Assembly (NCBI GenBank): GCA_013265495.1
Contig: MU058781.1
Span: 8,723,009 to 8,787,008, forward strand
From: Vicugna vicugna
Lineage: Eukaryota
Length of the DNA stretch: 64,000 nucleotides
Reading direction: 5' to 3'
In this document: positions 12,921 to 26,900 of the stretch, one piece after another
Numbering within the stretch: position 1 is the stretch's first letter
How the letters are laid out: each line of letters opens with the position of its first letter
Translations under genes and position numbers: made by a program
The notes under the pieces: model-generated
The model's database searches: none
Told to the model about the DNA's origin: nothing
Seen by the model: the letters and a program-made list of their open reading frames with translations, nothing else

Positions 12921-13202
12921 ATACTTGTATATTGATTGCAAAGTTAGGGAAATATGTATATATATTTAAAGTACTCCTCAGACTCTGTGACTTCATCCTC
13001 CTTGGTCATGGACAGTACCAAAATTCTAGATTTCATCAGTGTGTTTAAATCCTGTGAATGACACTGTCTAGCACAGTGGCTCGTAGTTTACAAATGCAAA
13101 CAATACTAATGATGAAAAGACAGCTGAAATATTTCCTATTACGTTATTGAAAAACCTGTTCAGCATTGTCAAAATCACCTTTATTTCCCCAGTATGTTAT
13201 GA

Positions 13203-13460
13203 CAGGTAGTACGTGTAATGGTTAAGAGAATGGATGTGGGAGCCAGACTGTCTGGGCTTATAGACTAGCTCCGCCACTTAACCAGTTGTGTGATGTTTGT
13301 GATATTTGTCAAACCACTTTGTCTTTCTGTGCCTCAGTAAAATAGGGAGTAATGACAGCACTTACTTCAGCAGGTTGTTTTCAGGATTAACTTCATGTAT
13401 GTGCAGCGCTTACAGCAGTGCCTGGCGCTGCCGGGTAGGTGCATGTAAGTCTTAGCTACC
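13203..13460 (+). mobile_element. MIR SINE, near full length
   Basis: gtaatggttaagag...ggagccagactgtctggg...ctccgccacttaacc...tctgtgcctcagt...cagtgcctggc. Confidence 0.85.
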
Positions 13461-14439
13461 ATCAGTCATCTTTGTGATTGTCTAGTTTGACAAAGGATTT
13501 GCTAATAACTAACAAAACTATATTTATGTTATATTAAAAGTGTGTACTAGAACTTATTTTTTTTTAAGCTAAACTTATCAGTGGAAACCATTTTTTTTTA
13601 TCTGTAACTCTTAAGAAATGAATGGCTGAAGCTAAATACTTCATTATCAGACTATTGCAAAGTAGTGTTTTAAACATTAAAAAGGAAAAACAAAGAAACA
13701 TTGTCCATGGAGTTGTATGAAAGACCAGGTAATGTGGTTCTGCCTTTTTTAGCATACTTTTAGCATTTGCTTATGTTCCTAGTTGAAGACATAAAAACAT
13801 CTGATTTTTGACAAAGTGGGTACCAAATCTTATATGTCTAATATCTAAAACTTGAGTTTTCATTGAGTTACCACTTAAGTTTTCTTGACTGTTGATACAT
13901 TTCCATATTATTGTTTTAAATAGTCTTTTTTTATTGGGAACATTTCCTTGAACATTCACTTAGAGTATCAAAAGAAGTTTCTGTTTGTGGTTGGAAAAAA
14001 TGTCTTTAACCTGCCAACAGAACTTAAAATTGCATAAGAAAATGGGTGTTGATGCTGAGAAATGGTGTGTAGGCAGCAGATCTCTTGTTCTGTCTGAAAA
14101 CAGTGATGAAACACAAACAACAAATGCGGAATTGCTGTTGCTCTATTTCAGTGTGGGAAAGATAACTTCAGAGTAGGGGAAAAATTTCTGCTGTCTTAAT
14201 AATTTTTTATTTACGCATGGGATTTTGTTGGCAGTCATTACAGGGATCACAGAAAGCTAATTTCTATAAAAAAAAGTACTATGGTGCCTATTTCATTATG
14301 TTTGTGTTGAAATTCTGCAGGAGTTTATAACTTGGGATTCATTGGTTGATCTTTAGGTGATCTGTGAACTCTTGAAATTGTCTATGCAATTTTACTTTGT
14401 TTTTGAAGCTTTTATGGTACATTGTTTGTCATTAATCAA

Positions 14440-15045
14440 TTTTTTTTAACTCTTTACTATAGTAAAGTATATAGCATAAAATTAACCATTTTAACCATTT
14501 TTAAGTGGACAGTTGAGTGGCGTTAAGTACATTTGTATTTTTGTGCAGTCATCACCATTGTCCATCTGTAGAACTTGTTCCTCCTCCCATCCTGAAGCTC
14601 TGTGCCCATTAAATAATGACTCTCCCTCTCCTCCCCAAGCTCCTGGCAACCCGCGTTCAGCGCTCTGTCTTCATGAACTTGACTACTCTCGGTGCATCAA
14701 ATAAGTGGAATCATACAGTATTTGTCCTTCTGCTTCATCCATGTGTAGCATGTATGAGAATTTTATTTTTTAAGGCTGAATAACAGTCTGTTGTATGTAT
14801 GGCCCACATTTTGTTTATGTGTTCGCCTGTGATGGACGTTTAGGTTGTTCCACCTTTTGACTATTGTCAATGAGACTGCTATAAACACTGGTGCACAGAT
14901 ATTTGTTTAAGTTTCTGCTTTCAGTTCTTTTGTTTATATACCCAGAAGTGGAATTGCTGGATCATAGAGTACTTCTGTGTTTAATTTTTTTAGGAACCAG
15001 CATGCTGTTTTCAGTGGTGGCTATACTGCTCTATATTCCCACTGC
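14440..15045 (-). mobile_element. L1MB-like 3' end, 5'-truncated
   Basis: ttttaaccatttttaagtg, cctggcaacc, ataagtggaatcatacagtatttgtcctt, tatatacccagaagtggaattgctggatcata. Confidence 0.9.
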
Positions 15046-15941
15046 CTGTAGAATTTTATGTATTTTGATGTGCTTTTTTTCTGGAGAACCAGTCAAAGTA
15101 ATCCACTGTTACAGTACTTAGTTCTTAACAGATGCATTTTAATTCCTACACACTTAATATAGTGAAGATTGTGTTACAGGTATGAGTTTTACTAGGCCAC
15201 CCACTTGTTTCCTCATTCCACCAAGACTTCCTTGGGAAGATGAAATGCAAGGCATTGTCCTTTGACTTTAGTCATATGAGTTAACATCGAAATAGGTGAC
15301 TGTAGGATTAGGTAGAATCTTGTGTTGAGGTAGTCCTGAAAAGTAGAACTGTTTTTCAAGCTTGCCAAAAAATGGAGCTAACAAAACACACAAAAATAGC
15401 GTCAAGAGCATGGAAGTGGACTGGCATTAATAATTTTGATTTCTCAGATTCATGGATGAGACTGTGGATCAACAAACTGCTGTGTACCTTTAGGTACTTG
15501 GATAGACTATTTTCACCGTGAATATGCTAATGAACTTATGTAAATGTATTTTAACAATAGGTTTGTTATCCTTTAAGATGGATTGTTATCAACCAAGGAC
15601 ATTATCGGAGCTAGATTTTTTTTTCACGTGACTTCAGAATGATGGCTAACAAAAATAAATTGATAGTAGAGATACGGCTCCCTTTTCACTTCCTCCAAAC
15701 AGATAAAAGAAACTCAGAGACAAAAGTCCAACAGTATCTTTTGTCCTATATCCCTGTAGCAGTTAACAATGATAATGTGAAGTTGAGCATGATAATTTGA
15801 GTTATGATTCAGCATCCTGTTGATTATATTTCATTTCCTAAGGCAGAGAATATGTGCTGCAGATTTTTTTTTAAATAAATGAATCCTATATTTTAGGGCC
15901 AAATTAAAAAATCTAAAACAAACTAAAGAAGATTACATGTG

Positions 15942-15993
15942 ACATCTAACATAAGGCTGCCATAAAAACATCTAACCTAAGGCTGCCATAAAA
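15942..15993. repeat. 26-bp tandem duplication (2 copies, 1 mismatch)
   Basis: acatctaacataaggctgccataaaa / acatctaacctaaggctgccataaaa. Confidence 0.95.
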
Positions 15994-16285
15994 GAAGTTG
16001 TCTGCCCCAGGATGAGTGTGATGCTTCCCCACCCGACGCCACCTTTCCGTTCCTGCTATTCAGGGTCACTGTTGTTGATGGGACTGGGGCACATCTTAGC
16101 ACTGTCTTTGGACAGGAGGAAAGGTCGAGAACAAGCAGTACAGAGGTATAAAACTGCATTTTAGAAAACCTGCATTTTTTTCTTTCAAATTAGTTAGCTG
16201 AATCACTTTGTCTCCATTTCTTATTTGCCGAACGAGAGGACTGGACTAGAAGGATGTACTTTTTGACGTTCTTTCCAACTCTTCT

Positions 16286-16287
<2 letters not shown>

Positions 16288-16321
<34 letters not shown>
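16288..16321. repeat. (GT)17 microsatellite
   Basis: Uninterrupted gt run. Confidence 0.95.
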
Positions 16322-16324
<3 letters not shown>

Positions 16325-18494
16325 AGTGTGAGTATGATTCTGGAGTCTTAGCAACACCCCAAATTCTGAACCCTAACAAATTCCCTAAGTAATCTTTGTA
16401 GAGTCTGCCGAATTATGTCTAACCTATAATTTGTTTCTGGTTTGAAGCTAGGGGCTATCCATCTTGTAAACTTCGTATCTCCCAGTATAAGGCATTTCTC
16501 AAAATTGGCACCCAGAAATCGTTCAAATGTAAAGAAAATTGTTCAGGTTAAGGAAGGTTTAGAATTATTGTGGCAAACACCATTTAGTTGGTTCTTCGAC
16601 ACATTTTGGTGGATATATTTGCATTCATCTATTTCAACTGTAGATCATAAATAACCAATGATAATGAAATATAAGGACTTGCATACCCAAAGTTAAGAGA
16701 TGCACCTTAAACCAGTGGCTTCACTTGCATTTTTCTGTGATTTCCTTGGCAACCTTCCTCTGGCTTTTTAGCCTCAGGATCAGACGGTCTTGAGTGCAAA
16801 CCTGTACTTCACAGAAAGGAAGGGGCTGTATTTTGAGAGCAAAGCAGTATTTTCCCAAAAGCCTTGGTGCATTTTATTGATAGGAATTTTATCCTTGCAC
16901 ATTTCTGAGTTAATTCTAGTTTCCGTAAGAGTGCCAGGTGCTGGTTGCCTTAGTTCTGAGTTCCTAAACTAAGCATTTATTAAAAAAGAAAAAAGAATTC
17001 TCTTTCATCTTGCCCTACTCTAGGATTGATGCTCGAGCTGGTTTCTCTTGAGCTTTCTGGATGATGTGAGGGAAGAGTTGATTCCTGAACGAGACCGGTG
17101 TTCTTTCAGGAAGGGAAGTGGGGATAATTTCAGGGCCGGCATCTTAACAGTGTTTGTGCCCTGTAATTCAGCCTTTTCACTCGCAAACTTCTTCTTATAC
17201 ATGTTCTAAACTAAAATTTGCCCTTCAGCTGAACCGCCTCACCTCCTCTCCAAACTGGGACATTTCAAAGTCTCGTCTAGTTCCAAGACCAGGTTCTCTT
17301 TCTCAGGTCTTCTGGAGCCTCTCATGGTCTTGCAACCTAAGGCCAAAGAATAACTTCTCTGTGTCTTTTTTATAATGCTGGAGCAAGAGCGGGATGATTC
17401 CCACGGAAAAAAATCCCATTTTTAAAGGAGCATAGTGGAAAACTACGCACACTGGTCACTCTTACGTAGTCCGGGCATGGTGAGTACTCCCTGTGCCGGC
17501 AGGAAGCTAATTTCTTAGTCAGTGTATTTGACAGCAAGTGGTTTTTACCCCTGAGAGTGCCTCCTTTTTCCTTGTCTTCTGTGGCACAGCTGAGATGGCC
17601 TGTGGGAAGGACTCTCCATTTGGGAATGGCAGCTTCTGGTGGCTCTCCCCACAGTGGATGCGGTGTTGAGAGGAAGGTTGCCTCAGAGGAGTGGTTTTCA
17701 GGGTGGTCTAAGGTCCGTTCCATTTGCAGCAACCACAGTCTGACACCTTGCCGGGTCCTTCTTTCTGAACCTGTTAGAGCCTGAAGCCTCCACCCACGTG
17801 CTGGGACCTTAATTTAAAGGTCACTGCCGTGTCTTGCCTCTGTTTGCTCCTAGCCCTTAGGCTGCATTTCAGATACATGTTCACAATGAAGTGTGTTGTC
17901 TTCTTTGTTAGGCGAGGGCAGGCCCATTAGCTGGAGGTGCTTGGGAAAGGACGCTGTGGGGGTGGGGTTCGGTGTCTTCACACCAGGCTCCAGTCCCATC
18001 TCCCCTGGAGTCTCTAACTTCTCAGCCCCTGTTTTCACAGACCTGAGCTTGGCTTACAGATCCTGGCTTTTTGTTTGCTTGGTTTTTGTTTTAAGCCTGT
18101 GGAATCCACATGACCAGACTTTTGTCTTCTTTGGGTTATAGAGGCAGAGAGTGCCTCTTGTGTCAGAGATCTGTTTTCTCCCCTTTCTGCTTTTAGCTTA
18201 AGGTTATCATTATCTAGGCTGGAAAAAGTAGGCAACACGTTTCATCATTCTTAACTTCTGTACTGTTTAAGTTTCTTCTGCTTGAAGCGGCCATAGTAAA
18301 TGTTGGCGTGATCATGAAGGCCTGAGCCCACTGGGTAAGAGTGCTGACGTCAAACTCTCCCTCTTGGGATTAGAAGCATGTGCCACCAACAGGGACAGGA
18401 AGCAAATAAGGAAAAGCAAGTCCATCCTTTCTTGTTCGGTCTTCCTGCCTCCCTCTTTTGCCCCCTTCACTCATGGCCTAACTGGAAAAAGCTG

Positions 18495-18840
18495 GCAAAG
18501 TGTGGAATCCATGGAATAGTGCTCAGTAATAAAAAGCAGTGAACTCTTGATACATTTCACGACATGGATGGAAAAAGTCAGACCAAAAAGAGTACGTACT
18601 CCATGTTTCATTTACATAAAATTCTGCAAAACTAACTTATGATGAATACTGATTTATAGTGAAAGAAAAAACAGGTGCTGGATACTAGGGTGGGGAGGTG
18701 ATGGAGGGACTGGACAGAAAGGTGACAGAGAGACCCAAGAAATCTTTGGGGTTGATGTTTTTTGGTCAATACTTAACAAATGACACATTTTAAATACGTG
18801 CAGTATATTGTATGTTAGTTTTACCTCAATAACTCTATTA
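18495..18840 (+). mobile_element. Old L1 (L1MC/ME-like) 3' UTR
   Basis: atggaatagtgctcagtaataaaaagcagtgaactcttgataca ... gtgcagtatattgtatgttagttttacctcaataa. Confidence 0.75.
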
Positions 18841-19834
18841 AGATTATTTATATACTTATTAAAATTATACTATTTGGCAATCAAACAGCCCCTCCTACCC
18901 CCTTGAGTATTCTTATGGGTAGAAGAGGTGGATGCAAACAATGGTTCTGGCTTTTAATGAGTCTGTGTCCTGTAAACCCTTTTCAACTTCAGTTTTCTTC
19001 TGTTAAAAACAGCTTCTAACAACCTGCACTAGGGCTGCCTCACAAAGGAGACTGGGGGACAGTGTTTTGTGTCCTTTGAATGAACTCTCTTCCTCTCCCT
19101 CCTTCTCCTGAGTGTTGAAAAGAGACTCCATGGGTTTCTACTCTGGCCCCTTTTCGTCCTGTGAGGGTCTGTCTCCCTTGGATAGGCCACACCTGCATTA
19201 TTTGGTGGTGACCTGGTTGAGTAACTGTCATTAGTTTGCAGGTGCCCTCAAGAAATGGCAGTGGGAACAGAAAAGCCTTGAAGTCAATCAAACTGATGAT
19301 TGTGTTTCAAAGGCTGTTTAATTTGCTGAATTTCAATCACTAGCTTAGGACAAATGTAATAAATTTGCATATTATAAAAATATTTCCTCTTGAAAAGAAA
19401 AAGGCAGCACCACTAAGGTAATCATATCTAGAAACTCAGCTTAAACTGCAGCTATTCTGTAGCAAATTGAATGGCTTTACAGCTGAAAAGAAATAGATCT
19501 TGTTCCTGTTGTAAATATTCCATCTGTATGCATCTGATGAGCAGTGACTTGACAAGGTCTACAGCTGCTCTAGGTTAACATTTTCGTAGCTAACAAGCTA
19601 CCTTCTTTAAGGGACAAAAAAAAATTGTTTATTTTCTCAGCAATTAAGAGATCCAAAAATGTAAATACGTTTATTTGCGAGTTTACCATGTGTTATGTAT
19701 ATTTTAGTCGCTTTTAATATTTTTCTTTTATAATGGTGGAATTTAGATACCTTAGGATATAATATTTAGTCATGGATGTCAGGACATCAGTGGCATCATG
19801 CGTCTTAGTCTAGCCAGTTTCGACTTTCTACACT

Positions 19835-20070
19835 GAAGCTGCTTGACCCAGGGCTTTTTGGTTTCAAATTCCAGCCTCACCACACGTTACTGGCCTGTAA
19901 TAAGTTCCCTAGCCTCATTTTGCCTCAGTTTCTTCATATGTAAAAGAAGGGCAATAAAAACATGGACCTCACCAGGTTGCTGTAAGGATTCAGAGTGATT
20001 TAATACATGTCAAGTGCTTACAATAGGGCCTTGCACACGTAAGCTTTGCATTAACTATTGGCTTACTATT
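19835..20070 (+). mobile_element. MIR SINE
   Basis: ggtttcaaattccagcctcaccac ... gcctcagtttcttcatatgtaaaa ... ggttgctgtaaggatt. Confidence 0.8.
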
Positions 20071-21758
20071 TATTTTTATGCCAGCGAGTGTTTTATTTTT
20101 AAGAATCTGTACTTGAAAGACTGTTTCTTTATAAAATGTATGCAAGTTGAACAATTTTAAAATAAAATGCTTATTAGATTAGAAATAGAGTTATTGGGGA
20201 AAACTGTGAGGCCGTTAATACATATTAGCAGATTTGCCTTCAGAAAAGTTAGACCAGTTTGCACTCTCATCAGCAACCTATAAGAGCCCCTGGAAATGGA
20301 ATTACTGAGCCAAATTAGGAAGATTTTTATCTTGATAAATTTTAAATGAATCGATTTTCCCTATTTAATCTAGAAAAGAAAAGTTAAATAGAACAGGAGA
20401 TATTTGGATATACAAGAAAGAATTTTCCAGTAGAATCTGTTGAAAGCTGGCAAAATGAACATTTAAGGGTAGGTAAGGAATCTGCTCTGGGAAATACTAA
20501 TAAATAGCATTTCCTGTCATTTGTTTTGTACTCTTTGGGAGTTGTGGACACTCAGGTACCTGACCTGATCTACAGTATTTGGATAAACGATCTTACCATA
20601 TTGCATTGGTTGATTCTTTCAAACAAAACATTACATACCTTAGTGTATGCCTATATGACTAGCCCTACTGGGGAGTCAGAGATTTCTTTTAATTCACTTT
20701 CGCCTCTGTCAAAGGGTGGCTTCTTCAGGCTTATACACCCCATGCATATCACCATCTCTTGGGAAGGAAGTTCTCAACAGATACAAGACTCATCTCTCAA
20801 ACATTCTTATTTAGTGCTCCCATCTGAGTTCTTAAATTGAAATATTTCCCCCATTTGAGGCAGATTTTTTTTTCTCTTCCATCCTAATTTTTCTAAAAAC
20901 AGCATGGTTCTTTAGAAAGGATTAAATTCTATATTTAATGAGGGTAACTTTTATCACTCCTTTCCCTTGTCCCAAAAAAGAAAGAAAAAGAGCTGTTACT
21001 GAATCAGTAGGGGGTTCTGACTATCAGTCAAAGAAAGAGATGTAGTATGAATGAAAGAGAATGCTGTAGATTGCTGTCCACTAAACCATTGTGCACCTGC
21101 AGCCTGAGTGGGAAAAGCTGTCTTCTCAGGCTTGGGTGGTGGCTTCATGGCCAGTGGCCTTATGCACATTAAGGGCCTGCTAGTTGTCTCCTTTTATCTC
21201 TGATAAGCAGAGTTTTGTCTTGGCCCTGCTTTATTTAGGTAGTGGTCTTCAAAAGGGAGAGTTAGGCAGGTGGATTTTACTTACTAGAGTTTTATAGTGC
21301 TGATTAGAATTATAGCTCTCAAATTTGGAGGATTTTGTTGAAATTAAAATGGTGGTAATTGCTTAGGCATTACTTTTCAATTTTGGTTTAAAACACCTCC
21401 TTTCTCTTCATTATGTAATTACTCACTCCATTATTTGACCCAAACAATTTATTTTCCTGCACAGGTTAGAAAAATTATCTGAATTTAGCTTTCTAGTTTC
21501 AAGACAGTTGAGATATAAGACTTCTTAAAAATTTTCCCAGGATGTTTTGACCCATTTAAAACAATACCTTTTATCCCAGGCGCCAAAATGTGGTACCTTT
21601 TATATGTTATAGAATTAGTTTCTCCCAGTGTTTCCTGCGAGATTTCACCCCGGCAGACGTCAGCTTCCAGAGCCACCGAGGAAGCAAAGACAATCGCTCT
21701 CCTCGCTGCTGGGACCCCTTTACTATTTAATACACTTTGAGGTCCATTATTCAGGGGT

Positions 21759-21790
<32 letters not shown>

Positions 21791-22171
21791 CTGGTATATT
21801 TAGTGTGTGGTTAGTCACACTTTGAGGAGATTAACCCTTAAATAAATCTTTGCTAGTGATCACTTCCCATATGTTCTCCTTTAGAATACTTGGAAGTGAA
21901 GCTTCAGTTTTCCTTAGTTTAATTGACAGGAAGTCAGTTGCTATTTCTAATATTATCTTCCAGTGAATTTGGCTTCCACTCAGGCATATAAAAATAGTAC
22001 TGCTTTTTACAAATACATGTGCCTTGGTTCTGCAGGGCACATGTCATTCCTGCAAGGTTTTGATTCAGTAAGGTTGGAAAGGGGGCCGGGTATCTATACT
22101 TAAAAAGAAAAAAAAAAAAATCAAACCCAAATCACAAACTCCCAAGATACAGTGAATATTTAGGAGTGGAA

Positions 22172-22192
22172 GTGTGTGTGTGTGTGTGTGTG
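22172..22192. repeat. (GT)n microsatellite
   Basis: gtgtgtgtgtgtgtgtgtgtg. Confidence 0.9.
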
Positions 22193-23927
22193 ATTGTATG
22201 TTTGTGCTTTATATACAAATATACATCTACATGATTATATTAGTTTTAAAAGGGTATTTGTTACGGCTTTCTTGACCTTATAGTATTTTAGGAATATGTC
22301 TAACATGGCAGAATTAATATTTAAAAGGCAGAATTGTATTTATATATATACGGAAACATAAATATAATATATAATATATATGTGATTTATACACAGACTG
22401 TGTAAATAAAGTCTCCTATAGGGTAGGATATAAATAGTTGCCATCAGAGCTCCTGCTTCTTTTGCCACTGGGAGGTGCATGAGTCAATCCAAATCTGCAG
22501 CAGTCACTTTGCATTTATTCTCCAGTTCTACCGGCCAATCAGGTATTTTTGCTGCACTCGCAAGTATTATTTGCGGGCTGCAGCTGTTTCCACTGCTGTC
22601 TTTGAAAGGTATATGAGATAATAGCTTAGCCTTAATTTTTGTACTGCTGTCATTGTTTTATAAAACTAGAAATAACAATGTAGGTGGAATAAAAGAAAAT
22701 TCTTGGAAAAATACGTGCTTTATGGCTGTCAGAATTTCATCATCTTCCATCGTGCTATTTTGGTAAACACATTCAGAAAACAGTTGTTACTGTTATGGGT
22801 GTGGCACCTCATCTCCCAGGGAGTAAACCACTAGCTACAAATAGAACCCTGTTGAAAATCCAACTGGCTTATTACTGTTACTTATTAATTATGTTTCTTC
22901 TATGTTTGTGTCATTTGGCATGTTTCCTTTTTTAGGCCAAAATTCAGTTAAAGCCACTTTCCTGCTGTTTTTACCTGTACATCTTCAGATCTAAAGATTA
23001 TCGTAGAAATGTAAGGCAACTTAGGCAGATGTTATGGAATTATTTTGCAACAATAGTTTCAGTGGGCCTTGATAGATTTTTGCTGGGCCCTGGTGGAATA
23101 AGAAATGCAAGGGAAATATGGTGAGTTCTTCCTGGTGCTACATGTGATCCTTCAACATGACATTCCTTCTATTCGGGTTTTAAAATAGGCTATTTTTAAA
23201 AAATATATAAAATAATGACACCATAGAGTAGTTTAACTTTTTAAAAAACATGTCTTTACTTGGCAAGATAAAAAGTTGGCACCCTATTTGGTGGCCTTAA
23301 GTGTGTGTATTTTAAATTTATTGCTCTGTGACTTCTTAAGGTCTGGGAACTACTGATGGAAAATGTACAGTTACATCGAAAATGGATAAATGAACTCATT
23401 GGTTCTTTGATGGATACTCTGGCCCTTTGATTTCCCTTGTTGGATAGTCTGTTTGGTATGGTGTACACACTGCATTGTGTTTACATCCTGTGTGGGATCC
23501 CTAGACTTAGAGTTTGAGTCTCCAAGCATTAGTTTCCTGTTCCCAGCTGCCTGACCTTGAAGACAAGAGTGCAGATCCTTTTGCCTCGCAAGATCCTTGT
23601 TACCGCCCTGTCCCTCTCCATTCCTGGCTTCCCTTTCCCTGCTTCGTTGTATCTGACTGGATTTGTTTCTAAGCAGATAGAATTATAATTGCCAGCCCCC
23701 TTTTCTGCTTAGCACTGCTCCTGGCTCTGTAACAAAGCATTGACTTGACATCTGGTTTGGTTCATTATGAAATCACCAATAACTTTGAGCATTTGCTGAT
23801 ATTCTAATAGTCTGCAAGGTACTGTGTTAGGTACAGATGAAATAGCAAAATAAGTAAGATATATGCCTATTTTTAAAGTAAACTGTAATCTACTGAGTAT
23901 TAAGCCCACAAATAATCATGTATTTTT

Positions 23928-26900
23928 TTCCACTTTTTAAAAAATTGTAAAGCACAAGGAACATGAAACTGAACGTTTTTACCATCTTAACCATTTTTAA
24001 GTGTAGTTCTGTGGTATTAACATTCACATTGTTGTGCAACCATCACCAGCATCCATCCCCTTAAGTCTTTTCATCTTGTAAAACATAAACTTTATACCCA
24101 TTAAGCAGTAACTCCTCATTCTCCCCTCTCCCAAGCCCCTGGCATCAACCATTTTACTTTCTGTCTCTATGAATTTGACTACTCCTGGTACTTCAGATAA
24201 GTGGAATCATGAGTGTCTTTTTGTGACTGGCCTATTTCATTTAGCATAAAGTCCTCAAAGTTTAATCATTTTCCATGTATTGCAGAATGTCCTTCCTTAT
24301 AAAGGCTGAATAATATTCCATTGATTTTGCTTATTCAGTCATCCAACGGTGGACACTTGAGTTAATTCCATATTTTAGCTATTGTAAATAATTCTGCTGT
24401 TGGCATGAATATGAGTATACAAATATTACTTCGAGACCCTGCTTTCAATTCTTTTGGGCATATATCTAGAAGTGGAATTGCTGGATCTTATGGTAATTAT
24501 ACTTTCAATTTTCTGAGGAAAGGTCATACTATTTGGGGTACCATTTTACATTCCTACCAGTACTACACAAGGATTCCAGATCATGTTCTCCAACACTTGT
24601 TCTTTTTTTTTTTTTTTGATAATAGCCCTCCTAATTGGTGTGAAGTGGTATCTCATTGGAGTTTTGACTTTTATTTCCCTAATGATTAGTGGTGTTGAGT
24701 ATCTTTTCATGTGCTTATTGGCCATTTGTGTATCTTCTTTGCAGAAATGTCTATTCATGTCCTTTGCTTATTTTTGAATTGGATTGTTTGTTTTGTTGTT
24801 GTTGAGTTTTGGAGTTCTTTATATATTCTAGGTATTATCCCTTATCAGGTGTATAATTGACAAATGTTATCTCCAGTTCTGTGGTTTGCCTTTTTTTTAC
24901 TCTGTTGATAGTGCCTTTTGAGGCAAAAAATTAAAAACTTTTTCTGAAGTTGTTGTCTATGTTTTCTTATGTTGTCTGTGCCTTTGGTGTCATATCCAAA
25001 AGGCCATTGCCAAATCCAGTCTTGTGAATCTTTTGTCCTTTGTTTTTTCCTAAGAGTTTTATTGTTTTGGGTCTTACATGTAGATCCTTGATCCATTTTG
25101 AGTTAGTTTTTGCAGAGAGTGGTAGGTAAGGATCCAACTTCATTCTTTGCATATGGATAACCAATTTTCCCAGCATCATTTGTTGAAAAGATTGTCCTCA
25201 TTTCATTGAATGTTTTTTGTACCTTGTCAAAATCATTTGACCATATATATGAGGACTTATTTGGGGGCTCTTTATTTTATTCCACTTGTTTTTATGTCTG
25301 TGTTTATGTCAGTATCACATTGTTTTAATGTAGCTTGTAGAAAGTTTTGAAATCAGAAGGTATGAGTCCTCCAGTTTTTTTGTTTGTTCGTTTCTTTATT
25401 TTGTTCTTTTTCAAGATTGTTTTTGCTGTTTGGGGTCCTTTGAGATTCCATATGAATTTTAGGATAGGTTTTTCTATTGCTGCACAAAAATGTTACTGGA
25501 ATTTTGAAAGGAATTCCATTGAATCAATAGATCACTATGGGTAGTATTGACATTTTGATAATAGTATGTCTTCCAATCTGTGAACATGGGGTGTGTTCCC
25601 AGTTGTCTTCAGTTTTTTCAGCAATGTTTTGTAGTTTTCATTGTATAAGTCTCTCACAATGCTTTGGTTAAGTTAATTCCTAAGTATTTTATTCCTTTTG
25701 ATGCTAGTATAAACGAAATCATCTGCAAAGAGATAATTTTACTTTTTATCCCAATTTTTATGCCCTTTGTTTTGTTTGCCTAATTATCAGGCGAGAGCTT
25801 CAAACATTATGTTGACTTGAAGAGGTGAAAGTTGTCATCCTTGCCTTGTTTCTGATCTTAGAGGGAAAGCTTCAAGTGTTTATCATTGCATACAATGTTC
25901 ATTGTGAGTCTTTCATTTATGTCTTTTATTATATTGAGAGAGTTTACTTCTAGTTTGTTGATTGCTTTTATCATGAAAAGATGTTGAATTTTGTCAAATG
26001 CTTTTTCTGCATCAATTCAGATCATTTTTTTTTCTTTCATTCTGTTGATATGTTATATTACATTGATCAGTTTACATATGTTGAACCACCCTTGCATTCC
26101 AGGAACAAATCCCAGTTGGTCATGGTGTATATTCTTTTAATATGCTGCTGAATTTTGTTTGCTAGCATTTTGTTTGTTGAAGATTTTTGCATCCATGTTC
26201 CTAAGGGATATTGGTCTCTGGTTTCCTTTTCTTGCAGTGTCTTTGTCTGGGTTGAGTATCAAGGTAGTTTTGCCCTCAGATAATGAATTAGTAAATGTTC
26301 CCTCCTCTTCGGTTTTTGGAAACTTTTGAGAGGAATTGGTATTAATTCTCTGAATGTTTGATAGAATTCACCAGTGAAGTAATTAGGTTCAGGGCTTTTC
26401 TTTGTTGGGAGATTTTTTGATTACTGATTCAAGCTCTGTAACTAGTAAAGATGTATTCAGATTTTCTATTTCTTTGTAATTTAGTCTGGGTGTTTTGTTT
26501 GTTTGTTTGTTTCCAGGAGTTTGTCCACTTCAACTAGGTAATAAAATTTGCTGGTAAACAATTGCTCATAGCACTCTTACAATTCTTTTTATTTCTTTAG
26601 AATTCGTAGTACTGTCCCAGCTTTATTTCTGATTATACTAATTAAAGTCTCCTTTCATTTTTTTCTTAGTCCATCTAGCTAAAGCTTTGTCAATTTTATT
26701 GATCTTTTTGAAGAACCAACTTTTGGTATTGTTGATTTTTTTCTCTGTTGTTTTTCTATTCTCTATTTGTTTATCTCTTCTCAAATCTTTATTTCCTTCC
26801 TCTGCCAGCTTTGATTTTATTCTTCTTTTTCTGTTTACTTACATTGTAAAGTTGGGTATTGATGAGATCTTTCTTCTTTTTTAATTTAAGTGTTTACAGC

